Origin: an uncultured bacterium
GTDB lineage: Bacteria > Bacillota_I > Bacilli_A > RF39 > UBA660
Length of the DNA: 64,000 nt
Assembly (NCBI GenBank): GCA_946611605.1
Contig: CAMODU010000001.1
Coordinates: 170-64,169, forward strand
Reading direction: 5' to 3'
Shown piece by piece: positions 45,993 through 56,165 of this stretch (positions are counted from its first letter, which is position 1; every line of letters starts with the position of its first letter). The position numbers were made by a program, and so were the translations under genes. The notes under the pieces were generated by a model that was given only the letters and a program-made list of their open reading frames with translations, was not told where the DNA came from and searched no databases.

Positions 45993-46395
45993 ATTTCAAC
46001 ATATCGATTAAAATAGGTAGTTCAAATACAAAGAAACCTATAATAATTACTGCTAATACTAGTATTAATATTAATACCACTTTTGGGTTTTCTTTTTTAA
46101 CTTTTTCTACTTTAACAATATCATTAACTTCATGTAGTTTTTCTATATTAACTTGTTGATTATATAAATCAGCATTACTAACATTGAAGTTAGTTTGAGG
46201 TTTACTCATTTGTTCAGCTTGTTGTTGTATTTCTTCCATAGAAGCTTTTTCTTCTAAAGGAATATCAGCAACAGGATTATTAGCATTTTGTGCTCTAGCT
46301 ATATTCATAGCTTGTTCACTTGTAACCGCTATAGGTGCAGCTACACCTGCATCTAATGTTTGAGTAACAACCTTTACTTCTTTTTCTTCATTCAT
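45991..46395 (-). CDS. small protein with C-terminal TM anchor (134 aa), hypothetical
   Basis: Charged N-terminal region, one C-terminal TM helix. Confidence 0.45.
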   Translation of the reverse strand: MNEEKEVKVVTQTLDAGVAAPIAVTSEQAMNIARAQNANNPVADIPLEEKASMEEIQQQAEQMSKPQTNFNVSNADLYNQQVNIEKLHEVNDIVKVEKVKKENPKVVLILILVLAVIIIGFFVFELPILIDMLK

Positions 46396-46404
46396 TTTAT
46401 CACC

Positions 46405-48024
46405 TTAATTACTAAGTACTTCTAATATACATGGTACCATTTGTTTCTTACGAGATACAACTCCTTCAAGTAAATATCCTTGAGATAACTCTTCTATACC
46501 ATATGCTATTTCTAATATACTCTTAGAATTATCTGAATACAATAGATATGAATTATTATTAATAAAGTCTGTTACATATAATGCACATACTTCATAGTTA
46601 TGTCTATCTACTTCTTTATTTAATTCATCTACTAATTCATTTATTCTGTTCTTATATTGATTAAAGTCTGTTGTAAATATTTGAGATATTGATACTTTAT
46701 GATCATTTACTTCATATTGCTTACAATCTTTAAATACTATATCATCAGCAGGTACTCCTTCAATAGATACACCTGATTCTAATAATTCTATTCCATATTT
46801 ATCAATATTAACAGCAGCTAACTTAGCTAACTCCTTAGCAGCTTCTTTATCATATTCTGTTGTTGTAGGACTCTTTAAACATAATGTATCAGATAATATA
46901 CCAGATAACATAATACCTGCTATATCCCTAGGTATTTCAATATTATAATCTTTATACATTTGATATATTACTGTATTAGATGCACCTACTGCCATAGTTC
47001 TAACATTAATAGGATCCTTGGTAAATAAATCTCCCATATTATGATGATCTACTATTTCTAATATTTCAGCTTCATTTAAACCATCAACTGATTGAGATGG
47101 TGTATTATGATCAACTAATATTACTTTCTTTCTATTAACTTTATTAATATCTACTGTTCTTAACATACCTAAACATTTATTTTCGTTATTAATGATAGGA
47201 TAGTTAGTATGTTTTAATCTTTCTATAACATCTATAGCATCAGATAGATACATATTAATATTAAATGTTGTACACTTTTCATTTCTTTGAATAGTCTTAA
47301 TAGGATTAGCTAAACACATAACTCTTGCAACTTTAAATGAAGATTTATTAGCAGAAATAATATTTATATTATTTTGAGCAGCTAATCTCATTTGATCTTC
47401 AGTTAACTCTTTAGCATGAACCATGATAATAAGTTTTACTCCAACTTTTAATGCATGTTCAATTATTTGTTTTCTATCTCCAACTATTAATATACTTTTA
47501 TTATCTAATGGTATTTCTTTAATAAATGTTGCATCATCAAATGTTGTAGCATGAGCATATCCTTCTATATGATCATCTACTTTATAATAACTCTTAGCAT
47601 CTAATACTTTAACTAGATTATCAAATGATGTATCTACATATAATGATTCATTATAAATCATATCTGCAGCTATTTCTTTTAAAGAAACATATCCTTTAAA
47701 TCTATCTTCATCATCTACTAAAGGTACACCTGTAATTCCATTATCATGCATAAAATTAAAGGCATCTATAATAGCAGTATTTTCATTTATCATATATTCT
47801 TTATTATATGCTACATCTTTAATTTGTAATTTAACATCATTTAAATATTCAGGGACTTTAATCTTAAATCTATTTAAAGCAAATTGTGTTTCTTGATTAA
47901 TAGCACCTAATATTCTAGGCTCAGCATGAACACCTAACTTATACTTTAAATATGATAAACTAATAGATCCTGTTACAGCATCTGTATCTGGATTCTTATG
48001 ACCAATTACAAATATTTTATCCAT
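46405..48024 (-). CDS. ppaC: CBS-domain-containing family II (Mn-dependent, DHH-DHHA2) inorganic pyrophosphatase
   Basis: N-terminus FVIGHKNPDTDAV (DHH). Central CBS pair insert. C-terminal DHHA2-type region with DHHN, GxxSxT-like motifs. Confidence 0.75.
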   Translation of the reverse strand: MDKIFVIGHKNPDTDAVTGSISLSYLKYKLGVHAEPRILGAINQETQFALNRFKIKVPEYLNDVKLQIKDVAYNKEYMINENTAIIDAFNFMHDNGITGVPLVDDEDRFKGYVSLKEIAADMIYNESLYVDTSFDNLVKVLDAKSYYKVDDHIEGYAHATTFDDATFIKEIPLDNKSILIVGDRKQIIEHALKVGVKLIIMVHAKELTEDQMRLAAQNNINIISANKSSFKVARVMCLANPIKTIQRNEKCTTFNINMYLSDAIDVIERLKHTNYPIINNENKCLGMLRTVDINKVNRKKVILVDHNTPSQSVDGLNEAEILEIVDHHNMGDLFTKDPINVRTMAVGASNTVIYQMYKDYNIEIPRDIAGIMLSGILSDTLCLKSPTTTEYDKEAAKELAKLAAVNIDKYGIELLESGVSIEGVPADDIVFKDCKQYEVNDHKVSISQIFTTDFNQYKNRINELVDELNKEVDRHNYEVCALYVTDFINNNSYLLYSDNSKSILEIAYGIEELSQGYLLEGVVSRKKQMVPCILEVLSN

Positions 48025-48057
48025 GCTTTCACCTCCTCATATTAAGATATAAAAGAA

Positions 48058-48864
48058 CTACTTAGTTGTAGTTCCTGTTTTCTTTGTTCTGCTATGATGA
48101 CTCTTTTTCTTTTTATCATCATCAGCTTTAACTTCTTTTTTAACAACTTTCTTAGTTGGTTGTTTCTTAGTATCAGCTGCAACTAATTTCTTTAATTCTT
48201 TTAATTCAGCTTCCCTTTTAATTGATTGAATCTTTAATTCATCTATATCTGCTTTATAATCATCTATAGTTCTATCAAACTTAGAGTTTTCTCTAACGAT
48301 AGATAATCCTCTTCCAACTATTATTCTAACTACACCAGCAAATGCTATAAAGAATAATCCAGCAAATGATGTAGTTACATATACATCTAAGAACATATTT
48401 GTTGTAGTAGATAATATAAATAACATGATTGGCATTAAGAATGTCATCATAAATGAGATACTTAATAACTCACCAGCTAAATCATATGACTTTCTACTAA
48501 ATACATCACCTATAGTTATTTCTTTATATAACTTAATAGATCTACTAACTAATGCATATATAATAATATTGTTAATTGAATTAGCAACAGCATATCCACA
48601 TGATGCTACTAATACTTTACCCATTCCATAGTTAGTTACAAATAAATCTACATCTACTTTATTATATGGTAATAATACAGTAGTAAACTTAACTAATGTA
48701 TCAGTTGCTAATGAATCACCATATATAATAGCTGCAACTATTAATCCTATTGTTAAACCAACATATAGTACTGAGAATATTAATACTATCCATTTAATAA
48801 TATTTAATAATACATTTCCAGCTACATAAGCTTTTTTTCTTGTTTCTTCACTCATCTTAGCCAC
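48058..48864 (-). CDS. polytopic membrane protein with Lys-rich C-terminal tail, hypothetical
   Basis: About 6 TM, coiled coil, KKxxK-rich tail. Confidence 0.45.
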   Translation of the reverse strand: MAKMSEETRKKAYVAGNVLLNIIKWIVLIFSVLYVGLTIGLIVAAIIYGDSLATDTLVKFTTVLLPYNKVDVDLFVTNYGMGKVLVASCGYAVANSINNIIIYALVSRSIKLYKEITIGDVFSRKSYDLAGELLSISFMMTFLMPIMLFILSTTTNMFLDVYVTTSFAGLFFIAFAGVVRIIVGRGLSIVRENSKFDRTIDDYKADIDELKIQSIKREAELKELKKLVAADTKKQPTKKVVKKEVKADDDKKKKSHHSRTKKTGTTTK

Positions 48865-48946
48865 TCCCTATCTTATATAAATAATATCATATAATGACTT
48901 TATTTAAAAGTATTTATTTAATATAATTATAATAGGAGATAGTAAT

Positions 48947-50269
48947 ATGAAGAAAATATTGATAATGCTTATAACTTTTATTATTATCATTACTTCGGTA
49001 CTATTGTTAGCTTTAGACTACAGTAGAAAATATAAACCAATTAAGTTGAATGAATTAATTGTTCATTACGATAATATATTAAACAGTGATGATACTTACA
49101 ATGTAACTTTCACTTATTTAGATGATCCTGATGTTTATTGTTCTATTGATGCAGAAAACTATATACCTATTAAAGATTGTACTTTTAGATTAAAAGCAGG
49201 TACTTATAAACTATTCTTAAAAAGAAATATGTTAGATACATTTAAAGAATTTACTATACATCCTAAATTTGTTGGAACATTCTCATCTCCTATAGACGTA
49301 TTAAGTGAATATTATTTAGCATTAGGTGGTACTAAAGATTTAGATTTTACTTTTGATTATCCTGAAGAATATAAGACTAATAGAAAATATATTATAGAAG
49401 ATGAAAGTATTATATCTATTAAAAAAGATATAGTTAAAGGATTAAAAGTTGGTACTACTAGATTCACTGTTCAATTACCTGATGGTAATAATAAAACATA
49501 TACTGTAACTGTAACAGATTTAATACAACCTATTACATTAAATAATAATAAACCATATCTTCCTTGTAAGAAATATACTGAAGAACAAGCTCATTTATTA
49601 GATAAGATATTAGAATCTAGAATTAAAGAAGCAGGAGAAGGTACTAGAGGAGCTACTGTTGCTATTGCTAGATTCCTAACTATGGAGTTCCCTTATCAAA
49701 TAAGATATTTCAATGAAAATGGAAGATTAGATGGACATGGTAGACCTGTTATAGATGGAGAAGGAAGATATTATCATAAAGGATTATATTTGTCAGAAGA
49801 TAAATATAAAGATATAGTTAAATCTACTCCATCTGGACCTAAGATATGGGGATGTAATATATATGATCAATTCATTGCTAAGATGAATATGAATGGATTT
49901 ACTTGTTCAGGATTTGTTACTTGGGTATTATATAATGCAGGTTTAAATCCTGGTGATGTTGGTGCTGGTGATTATCCTCAGTTTAATGATGATTTATCTG
50001 ACATGGGACCACATCATGAAATAACTGAAGAATATATGAAAACAGGTAATTATAAAGTGGGAGATTTTATTGGTAGAAATGGACATGCAGCATTGATAAT
50101 AGGAATTGATGATGATACTATCTATACTGCTGAATCATTACCTCCTAAATTAAAAGTATATACATATGAAAGATATCAAGGTATAGTTCAAGATAAGAAT
50201 CTTACATATGTAATTGAAATGGATGATAATTATCCTAATGGAGAAGGATATTATAAAAATATGTGGTAA
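48947..50269 (+). CDS. secreted NlpC/P60-family cell-wall hydrolase with N-terminal Ig-like (Big_2-type) domain
   Basis: Signal/TM anchor. FTCSGFVTWVLYNAG (Cys nucleophile) and GHAALIIG (His). Confidence 0.6.
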   Translation: MKKILIMLITFIIIITSVLLLALDYSRKYKPIKLNELIVHYDNILNSDDTYNVTFTYLDDPDVYCSIDAENYIPIKDCTFRLKAGTYKLFLKRNMLDTFKEFTIHPKFVGTFSSPIDVLSEYYLALGGTKDLDFTFDYPEEYKTNRKYIIEDESIISIKKDIVKGLKVGTTRFTVQLPDGNNKTYTVTVTDLIQPITLNNNKPYLPCKKYTEEQAHLLDKILESRIKEAGEGTRGATVAIARFLTMEFPYQIRYFNENGRLDGHGRPVIDGEGRYYHKGLYLSEDKYKDIVKSTPSGPKIWGCNIYDQFIAKMNMNGFTCSGFVTWVLYNAGLNPGDVGAGDYPQFNDDLSDMGPHHEITEEYMKTGNYKVGDFIGRNGHAALIIGIDDDTIYTAESLPPKLKVYTYERYQGIVQDKNLTYVIEMDDNYPNGEGYYKNMW

Positions 50270-50271
50270 AT

Positions 50272-50301
50272 AAAAAGATACTTTATAATGTAAGTATCTT
50301 T
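50272..50301. terminator. bidirectional rho-independent terminator
   Basis: AAAAGATACTT-tataatgt-AAGTATCTTTT followed by CTTTTTC. Confidence 0.55.
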
Positions 50302-50816
50302 TCTTTTTCTTTTCTTATAGTATCAAAATCTAATCTTTCTCTACCATAGTCAATTATAGGAGTAAGATCACTTTTTGTTTCAGTATCTGGTCCATATTCT
50401 ATAACATTATTACCAAATTCATATGCAGCAACAGTAATCTTATATAATTCAAATATATGTCTATAGTATTCTTTTAAATCAGTTAAATATTCATATTCAT
50501 CTAAAGTGATAGTCTTAGGAAAATAGAATGCTATTATTTTAAATAATTCTGAATTCCAATACTTAATAGATATTAAATTATATAAATGAGTATCATATGA
50601 AGTACCATATATTTCATTTAATACTTCTTTAGTTGCTACTTCATGATCACCTATACCTAAATAATTAACTCCACTTTTCTTGTCTAATCCAACTGGATTA
50701 TAAACATGAATAGATTGTTTAGATGTAATAAATCCCATACCACCTATTCCCGATTTATTATTAAGTGATTCATATTTAGGATTGAAAAACTCATTTATAT
50801 CTAATTTATATAACAT
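50283..50816 (-). CDS. hypothetical protein (177 aa) immediately downstream of uvrB
   Basis: No motif. 1-nt spacing to the uvrB stop. Confidence 0.45.
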   Translation of the reverse strand: MLYKLDINEFFNPKYESLNNKSGIGGMGFITSKQSIHVYNPVGLDKKSGVNYLGIGDHEVATKEVLNEIYGTSYDTHLYNLISIKYWNSELFKIIAFYFPKTITLDEYEYLTDLKEYYRHIFELYKITVAAYEFGNNVIEYGPDTETKSDLTPIIDYGRERLDFDTIRKEKEKILTL

Positions 50817-50817
50817 A

Positions 50818-52782
50818 TTAATCCCCTGATTTCATTTCGAATATTAAGTCTCTTAGTTCCATAGCTTTCTCGAAATCTAAGTTAGCTGCTGCTTCCTTCA
50901 TTTCTTCTTCTAATGTATTAATAATACCTACTTTATCTTCTTTAGATAATTTTTTATCTTCTAGTTTTTCTATTTCTTCATTAGATACTACTTCATTTAT
51001 CTTCTTGATAATAGTCTTTGGAACTATGCCATGTTCTTTATTATATTCGTCTTGTATTTTTCTTCTTCTTTCAGTTTCTTTAATAGCATCTCTCATACTA
51101 TCAGATTCATTATCAGCATACATGATAACTTTACCTTCAGCATTTCTTGCACATCTACCAATAATTTGGATAAGTGATCTATAACTACGTAAGAAACCTT
51201 GCTTATCAGCATCTATTATAGCTATTAAAGATACTTCTGGCAAATCTAATCCTTCTCTTAATAGATTAATACCAACTAATACATCATATTTACCTTGTCT
51301 TAGTTCTTTAATTATTTTTAATCTTTCTAATGTTTTTACTTCAGTATGTAAGTATGCAACTTTTATACCTACTCCTTTTAAATATTGAGTAAGTTCTTCA
51401 GCCATACGAATAGTTAAAGTAGTAACAAGAACTCTTTCTTTCTTCTCTATTCTTTCATTTATTTCACCAATTAAATCATCTATTTGTCCTTCAGATGGTC
51501 TTACATCTATTAATGGATCTAATAAACCAGTTGGTCTAATTAATTGTTCTACTGGTTTAGGTGATAATTCTAATTCATAATCACCTGGTGTTGCAGATAC
51601 ATATATGACTTGATTAGTTTTTTCTTGAAACTCATCAAACTTTAAAGGTCTATTATCTAAAGCACTTGGTAATCTAAATCCATAGTCTACTAAAGTTTGT
51701 TTTCTCATTCTATCACCATTATACATACCTCTTACTTGAGGTAATGTGATATGTGATTCATCTATAAATAATAAATAATCTTCATCAAAGAAATCCATAA
51801 GAGTACAAGGAGTAGATCCTTCATCTCTTAAAGATAGATGTCTAGAATAGTTTTCTATACCATGACAGAAACCAGTCTCTCTTAACATCTCTAAATCATA
51901 ATTGCATCTTTGTTCTAATCTTTCAGCTTCTAATAATTTATTATTATCTCTAAAGAATTGTAATCTTTCTTTTAATTCATTTTCAATTCTATCACATGCT
52001 TGATTTAATTTTTCTTTATTAGTAACAAAGTGAGTAGCTGGGAATATCATGACAGTTTTCTTAGTCTTAATTATACTTCCAGTTAATACATCAAATTCAG
52101 ATATTCTATCTACTTCATCACCAAATAATTCTATTCTTATACCATTTTTCTTTTCAGCAGCAGGTACTATATCTATAGTATCTCCTTTTGATCTAAATGT
52201 ACCACGGTGGAAATCTAATTCATTTCTTTCATAGTTCATATCTATTAGTTTATGTAATATATCTTCTCTTTTTTTAGTATCTCCTACTTGTACAACTAAA
52301 CATTCATTTAAATAATCATCTTTATCTCCTAAACCATATATACATGATACAGATGCAACTACAATTGTATCTCTTCTTGTTAGAAGTGATTCAGTTGCTG
52401 AATGTCTTAGTTCATCTATTTCATCATTTATAGATGCATCCTTTTCTATATATGTATCTGAAGATGGTACATATGCTTCAGGTTGATAATAATCATAATA
52501 AGATACAAAATACTCTACTCTATTATTAGGAAATATTTCTTTCATCTCAGCATATAATTGTCCTGCTAAAGTTTTATTAGGTTCAAGTATTAAAGTAGGT
52601 TTATTCTCTCTTGCTATAACATTAGCCATGGTAAAAGTTTTACCTGAACCTGTTACACCTAATAATACTTGATGTTTATTTCCTTCATCAATTGATTTGC
52701 ATAAAGCATCAATCGCTTTAGGTTGATCTCCTGATGGTTTATAATCAGATACTATTTCAAACTTATTATCCATGACTTTCAC
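50818..52782 (-). CDS. uvrB: excinuclease ABC subunit B
   Basis: N-terminus [17 protein letters not shown], Walker A GVTGSGKT, helicase motifs, C-terminal UvrB/UvrC-interaction coiled coil. 654 aa. Confidence 0.95.
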   Translation of the reverse strand: MKVMDNKFEIVSDYKPSGDQPKAIDALCKSIDEGNKHQVLLGVTGSGKTFTMANVIARENKPTLILEPNKTLAGQLYAEMKEIFPNNRVEYFVSYYDYYQPEAYVPSSDTYIEKDASINDEIDELRHSATESLLTRRDTIVVASVSCIYGLGDKDDYLNECLVVQVGDTKKREDILHKLIDMNYERNELDFHRGTFRSKGDTIDIVPAAEKKNGIRIELFGDEVDRISEFDVLTGSIIKTKKTVMIFPATHFVTNKEKLNQACDRIENELKERLQFFRDNNKLLEAERLEQRCNYDLEMLRETGFCHGIENYSRHLSLRDEGSTPCTLMDFFDEDYLLFIDESHITLPQVRGMYNGDRMRKQTLVDYGFRLPSALDNRPLKFDEFQEKTNQVIYVSATPGDYELELSPKPVEQLIRPTGLLDPLIDVRPSEGQIDDLIGEINERIEKKERVLVTTLTIRMAEELTQYLKGVGIKVAYLHTEVKTLERLKIIKELRQGKYDVLVGINLLREGLDLPEVSLIAIIDADKQGFLRSYRSLIQIIGRCARNAEGKVIMYADNESDSMRDAIKETERRRKIQDEYNKEHGIVPKTIIKKINEVVSNEEIEKLEDKKLSKEDKVGIINTLEEEMKEAAANLDFEKAMELRDLIFEMKSGD

Positions 52783-52890
52783 CTCTTTCTATATGTATTC
52801 TACCATTAATGTATATTAATTAAAATATAAAAAGTTTTTATTGATTTATTAATCATATTATAATATTATAAGTTCAAGGAGTGTGAAAGT

Positions 52891-53241
52891 ATGGTTCAAA
52901 GAAGAGACATAGCTGTAGCTATCATTTTATCTTTAGTAACTTGTGGAATCTATGGTATTTACTGGTTCATAGTTATGACTGATGATGTTAAGACTGCTTC
53001 TTCAGATACTCAAGTAGCATCTGGTGGATTAGCATTCTTATTCACAATATTAACTTGTGGAATCTATCAAGTATACTGGGGATATAAGATGGGCGAATTA
53101 ATGAAAACTGCTCAAGAAGCTAAGAAGCTACCAGTTAAAGACAATTCTGTATTATACTTAATTTTAAATCTATTTGGATTTGGTATAATTACTTATGCAT
53201 TAATTCAATCTGATTTAAATGCAATAGCAGATGCGAAATAA
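52891..53241 (+). CDS. DUF4234-like small membrane protein
   Basis: Duplicated TCGIYxxYW helices. Confidence 0.5.
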   Translation: MVQRRDIAVAIILSLVTCGIYGIYWFIVMTDDVKTASSDTQVASGGLAFLFTILTCGIYQVYWGYKMGELMKTAQEAKKLPVKDNSVLYLILNLFGFGIITYALIQSDLNAIADAK

Positions 53242-53271
53242 GCCTTATGGCTTTTTTCTTTTATAGGAAAT

Positions 53272-53649
53272 ATGAAAATAATTAAAAGACATATAATATT
53301 ATTCTTAATATTGGTAGCATACTTTATATTCGGACACTTCACTCATTTATATATACCATGTCCTATACATTCTATATTTCATGTATATTGTCCTGGATGT
53401 GGTATTACTAGATTATTTATTGCATTATTTAAATTAGATTTTGCTACAGCATTTAGATCTAATCAATTAATATTTATATTATTACCATTTGCAATAATAA
53501 TATATATAAATTATATTTATTCAATTATAAAGAATAAGACATCATGGTATTCTAAAATACCTACATGGATATTCTATGTATTAATAGTTATAGTATTAGC
53601 ATTTGGAGTAATAAGAAACTTTATTCCATATCTAATGCCAATAGAATAA
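53272..53649 (+). CDS. DUF2752-like membrane protein
   Basis: CPGCGITR motif between TM helices. Confidence 0.5.
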   Translation: MKIIKRHIILFLILVAYFIFGHFTHLYIPCPIHSIFHVYCPGCGITRLFIALFKLDFATAFRSNQLIFILLPFAIIIYINYIYSIIKNKTSWYSKIPTWIFYVLIVIVLAFGVIRNFIPYLMPIE

Positions 53650-53650
53650 A

Positions 53651-53674
53651 AAAAGATATCAAACGATATCTTTT
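53651..53674. terminator. bidirectional rho-independent terminator
   Basis: AAAAGATATC-aaac-GATATCTTTT followed by TATTTTTC. Confidence 0.55.
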
Positions 53675-54801
53675 TATTTTTCTAAAATTATAACAGGTCG
53701 AACACCGAAATTAAAAGAAGCTGATGCATAATCTTTAGATACATGTCTCATACCACCATCATAGTCAACAAACCATACACGATCGGTTGCAGCTGCAGTT
53801 CCAGTCCAAAAATTTACTCCAAATAACCAATCATTAACTCCATCAATAGAAGAACCTTGTCCATAAGATGCAACACCCAAAGATTCCATTTCTTGCTCAG
53901 TAATTAAACGACCACTTACATCAGCACCAGTAGAGTTTAAATAAGCAACATAATTATCTACGTGCGATTGCAATCCATTAATAAAATCATTAGCATTATC
54001 AACAGTCAACGTAATTGCACCTCTACATAAGTCATCAGCTGGACGCGTACCATCCGATGGATTACGTGGATTAGCAGGGCATCCTAATGCACTGGATTCT
54101 TGCTTATTAGTAGGAGTATCATATCCTATTCCTACACCTAAGTTATATTTTGATAATAATTTAACATGATCTGTATCTTCTTGTCCTATTACATAAAATT
54201 CTTCATCAGCTATTTTTACTACTGAACCTACTGTATCTAAATCACCAGATACTATTTGATAACGTGGCCCAACAGCTTCTTCAATTCTTTCTACAGCACT
54301 AGGAACTAGAGTTAAAGTAAATTTAATTTCTACTTCTTTTAATAAAGCTTGTACTAGAGTAATAGTTATTTTACCACTCTTGGTAGTTTTACCAGGCATT
54401 AAAGTTGTATGATCACTTGTAGTTGGATCAAATCCTTCAAATGAAATAGTATAGTAATCAGAGTAGTCTACTCCATCTACTGTATTAACAGCATTAAACT
54501 CTACATTAACATTTGCATCATATTGAGATGAATTATTATAAACAGTATAATTTAATTCTGTTGAATTACCTACAAATGATAACTTCTTAGATACAAAAGT
54601 TATACTTTTATTATTAGATGGATCTATTGTAGCAGTTCCACCTTCATCAGTTGATGCTTCAGTAAAATAAATATCGAAGTCATCCGTATTTGCATTAATA
54701 TTAGCTTGTCCATTTATAATTAAGTTAGTTGCAACAGTAGCAAAACCAACAGCTAATAATATAACAAGTATTAATATACCTGAACCAACATGTCTTTTCA
54801 T
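53674..54801 (-). CDS. secreted hypothetical protein (375 aa)
   Basis: Signal peptide, Thr/Asn-rich, no motif. Confidence 0.45.
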   Translation of the reverse strand: MKRHVGSGILILVILLAVGFATVATNLIINGQANINANTDDFDIYFTEASTDEGGTATIDPSNNKSITFVSKKLSFVGNSTELNYTVYNNSSQYDANVNVEFNAVNTVDGVDYSDYYTISFEGFDPTTSDHTTLMPGKTTKSGKITITLVQALLKEVEIKFTLTLVPSAVERIEEAVGPRYQIVSGDLDTVGSVVKIADEEFYVIGQEDTDHVKLLSKYNLGVGIGYDTPTNKQESSALGCPANPRNPSDGTRPADDLCRGAITLTVDNANDFINGLQSHVDNYVAYLNSTGADVSGRLITEQEMESLGVASYGQGSSIDGVNDWLFGVNFWTGTAAATDRVWFVDYDGGMRHVSKDYASASFNFGVRPVIILEK

Positions 54802-54854
54802 AAGTCCTCCTATTATTACAATATAATTATAATAAAAATTAAAGAGATAGTAAA

Positions 54855-55754
54855 CTATCTCTTTATAATTACTTGATCTCCTACAGTTAATTTTTTAACT
54901 AATGTCTTAGCATTTTCCTTTGGCATATTAACACATCCATGAGAACCATTTGTTAAATATGTTTCTCCACCAAAGTCTGTATCAGGTCTCCATGAAGCAT
55001 CATGGAATCCTTCAGCATCATCATCAAACTTAGCATATACATCAACTGGAACATTCCATCCTGGTCCTTTTAATCTAGTATTCTTTCTTATTTGAATAAT
55101 TTCATGATATCCCATATTAGTTTCATGTCCAGGACCACCTGTAACAACATCACTTTCTAATGTTAATCTATTATTCTCATAATATTTTAAATGTTGATCA
55201 GATATATCAACTACAACTACCTTATCAGATAATTCAGTACAATCATCTGCTCTAACACATCCTGTTACACCATTAGTATTAACATAATACATACCATTTA
55301 ATTCACCCAATACTTCACATACTTCATATTGATGTATATCATCTATTTCTCTTACTCCTAGTATATTATCATATACAGGTGTAGTAGGTTTATTAACATA
55401 TACTAGCTTATCAAATTGAGGAGGTAATATAGTTACAACTTCTTCTTTAGAATAATCTTTAGATACATACCCTATTTGATTATTATAATTAACTATATAG
55501 AAGTCATCATATTCTCCTACTTTACTTACTTGTTCATCTATGCTCATTAAACCTATTGCTTCAGATGCGGTTGTAGGTAATTTTCTAACAAATACATTAG
55601 CAGTTGCTTGAATAACTGTATTATATTCTACTCCATCTACTTCTTCTTCAACAGGTGTTGGTAATTCAACAGCATGAGCTGTAATACCATTTGATAAAAC
55701 AATACCACCAGCTAAAGCTAATGCTAATGCTTTTTTATATAATTTTATATTCAT
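54855..55754 (-). CDS. L,D-transpeptidase (YkuD domain) with N-terminal SH3-like repeats
   Basis: Signal peptide. Catalytic HGCVNMP motif near the C-terminus. Confidence 0.7.
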   Translation of the reverse strand: MNIKLYKKALALALAGGIVLSNGITAHAVELPTPVEEEVDGVEYNTVIQATANVFVRKLPTTASEAIGLMSIDEQVSKVGEYDDFYIVNYNNQIGYVSKDYSKEEVVTILPPQFDKLVYVNKPTTPVYDNILGVREIDDIHQYEVCEVLGELNGMYYVNTNGVTGCVRADDCTELSDKVVVVDISDQHLKYYENNRLTLESDVVTGGPGHETNMGYHEIIQIRKNTRLKGPGWNVPVDVYAKFDDDAEGFHDASWRPDTDFGGETYLTNGSHGCVNMPKENAKTLVKKLTVGDQVIIKR

Positions 55755-55828
55755 TTTATTCTTTTCCCCTTTTTAAACGAACAAACAATATTATATACTT
55801 TTTCATTAAAAAAGCAAATTAAAAGAGT

Positions 55829-56122
55829 TTATTTTTTCATAAACTCTTCCATCTCAGATTTACTAGCCATACCTACATGTCTAGATACTTCTTCACCATC
55901 TTTAAACTTAATAAAACAAGGAATAGACATAATACCTAATGATAATGCTAGTTCATTATTATCATCTGTATTAATCTTATATATTGTATTATCTTTAGCT
56001 AATTCTTCCATAACTGGCATCATCATTTGGCATGGTCCACACCAATCAGCATAAAAATCAACTACACATTCTTCTTTATCTTCTATTACTTTCTTATTAA
56101 ATTCTTCTTCATTAATAATCAT
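55829..56122 (-). CDS. thioredoxin-family protein
   Basis: WCGPCQ active site, 97 aa. Confidence 0.8.
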   Translation of the reverse strand: MIINEEEFNKKVIEDKEECVVDFYADWCGPCQMMMPVMEELAKDNTIYKINTDDNNELALSLGIMSIPCFIKFKDGEEVSRHVGMASKSEMEEFMKK

Positions 56123-56165
56123 ATTATATTCTCCTTACAATAATTATAATTTATATTACTACTTA

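Noticed and set aside
52783-52890. LexA (Cheo) box upstream of uvrB
   Set aside because: No GAAC-N4-GTTC or CGAACRNRYGTTYC-like sequence is present in the intergenic region.
53674-54801. Considered the 375-aa secreted protein as another SipW-cognate/TasA-like member
   Set aside because: Its N-terminus (GFATVATNLIINGQ) and C-terminus do not match the T-[YF]-A-x-[FWY] motif or the W-x-[DE] terminal block, and it lies far from the locus.
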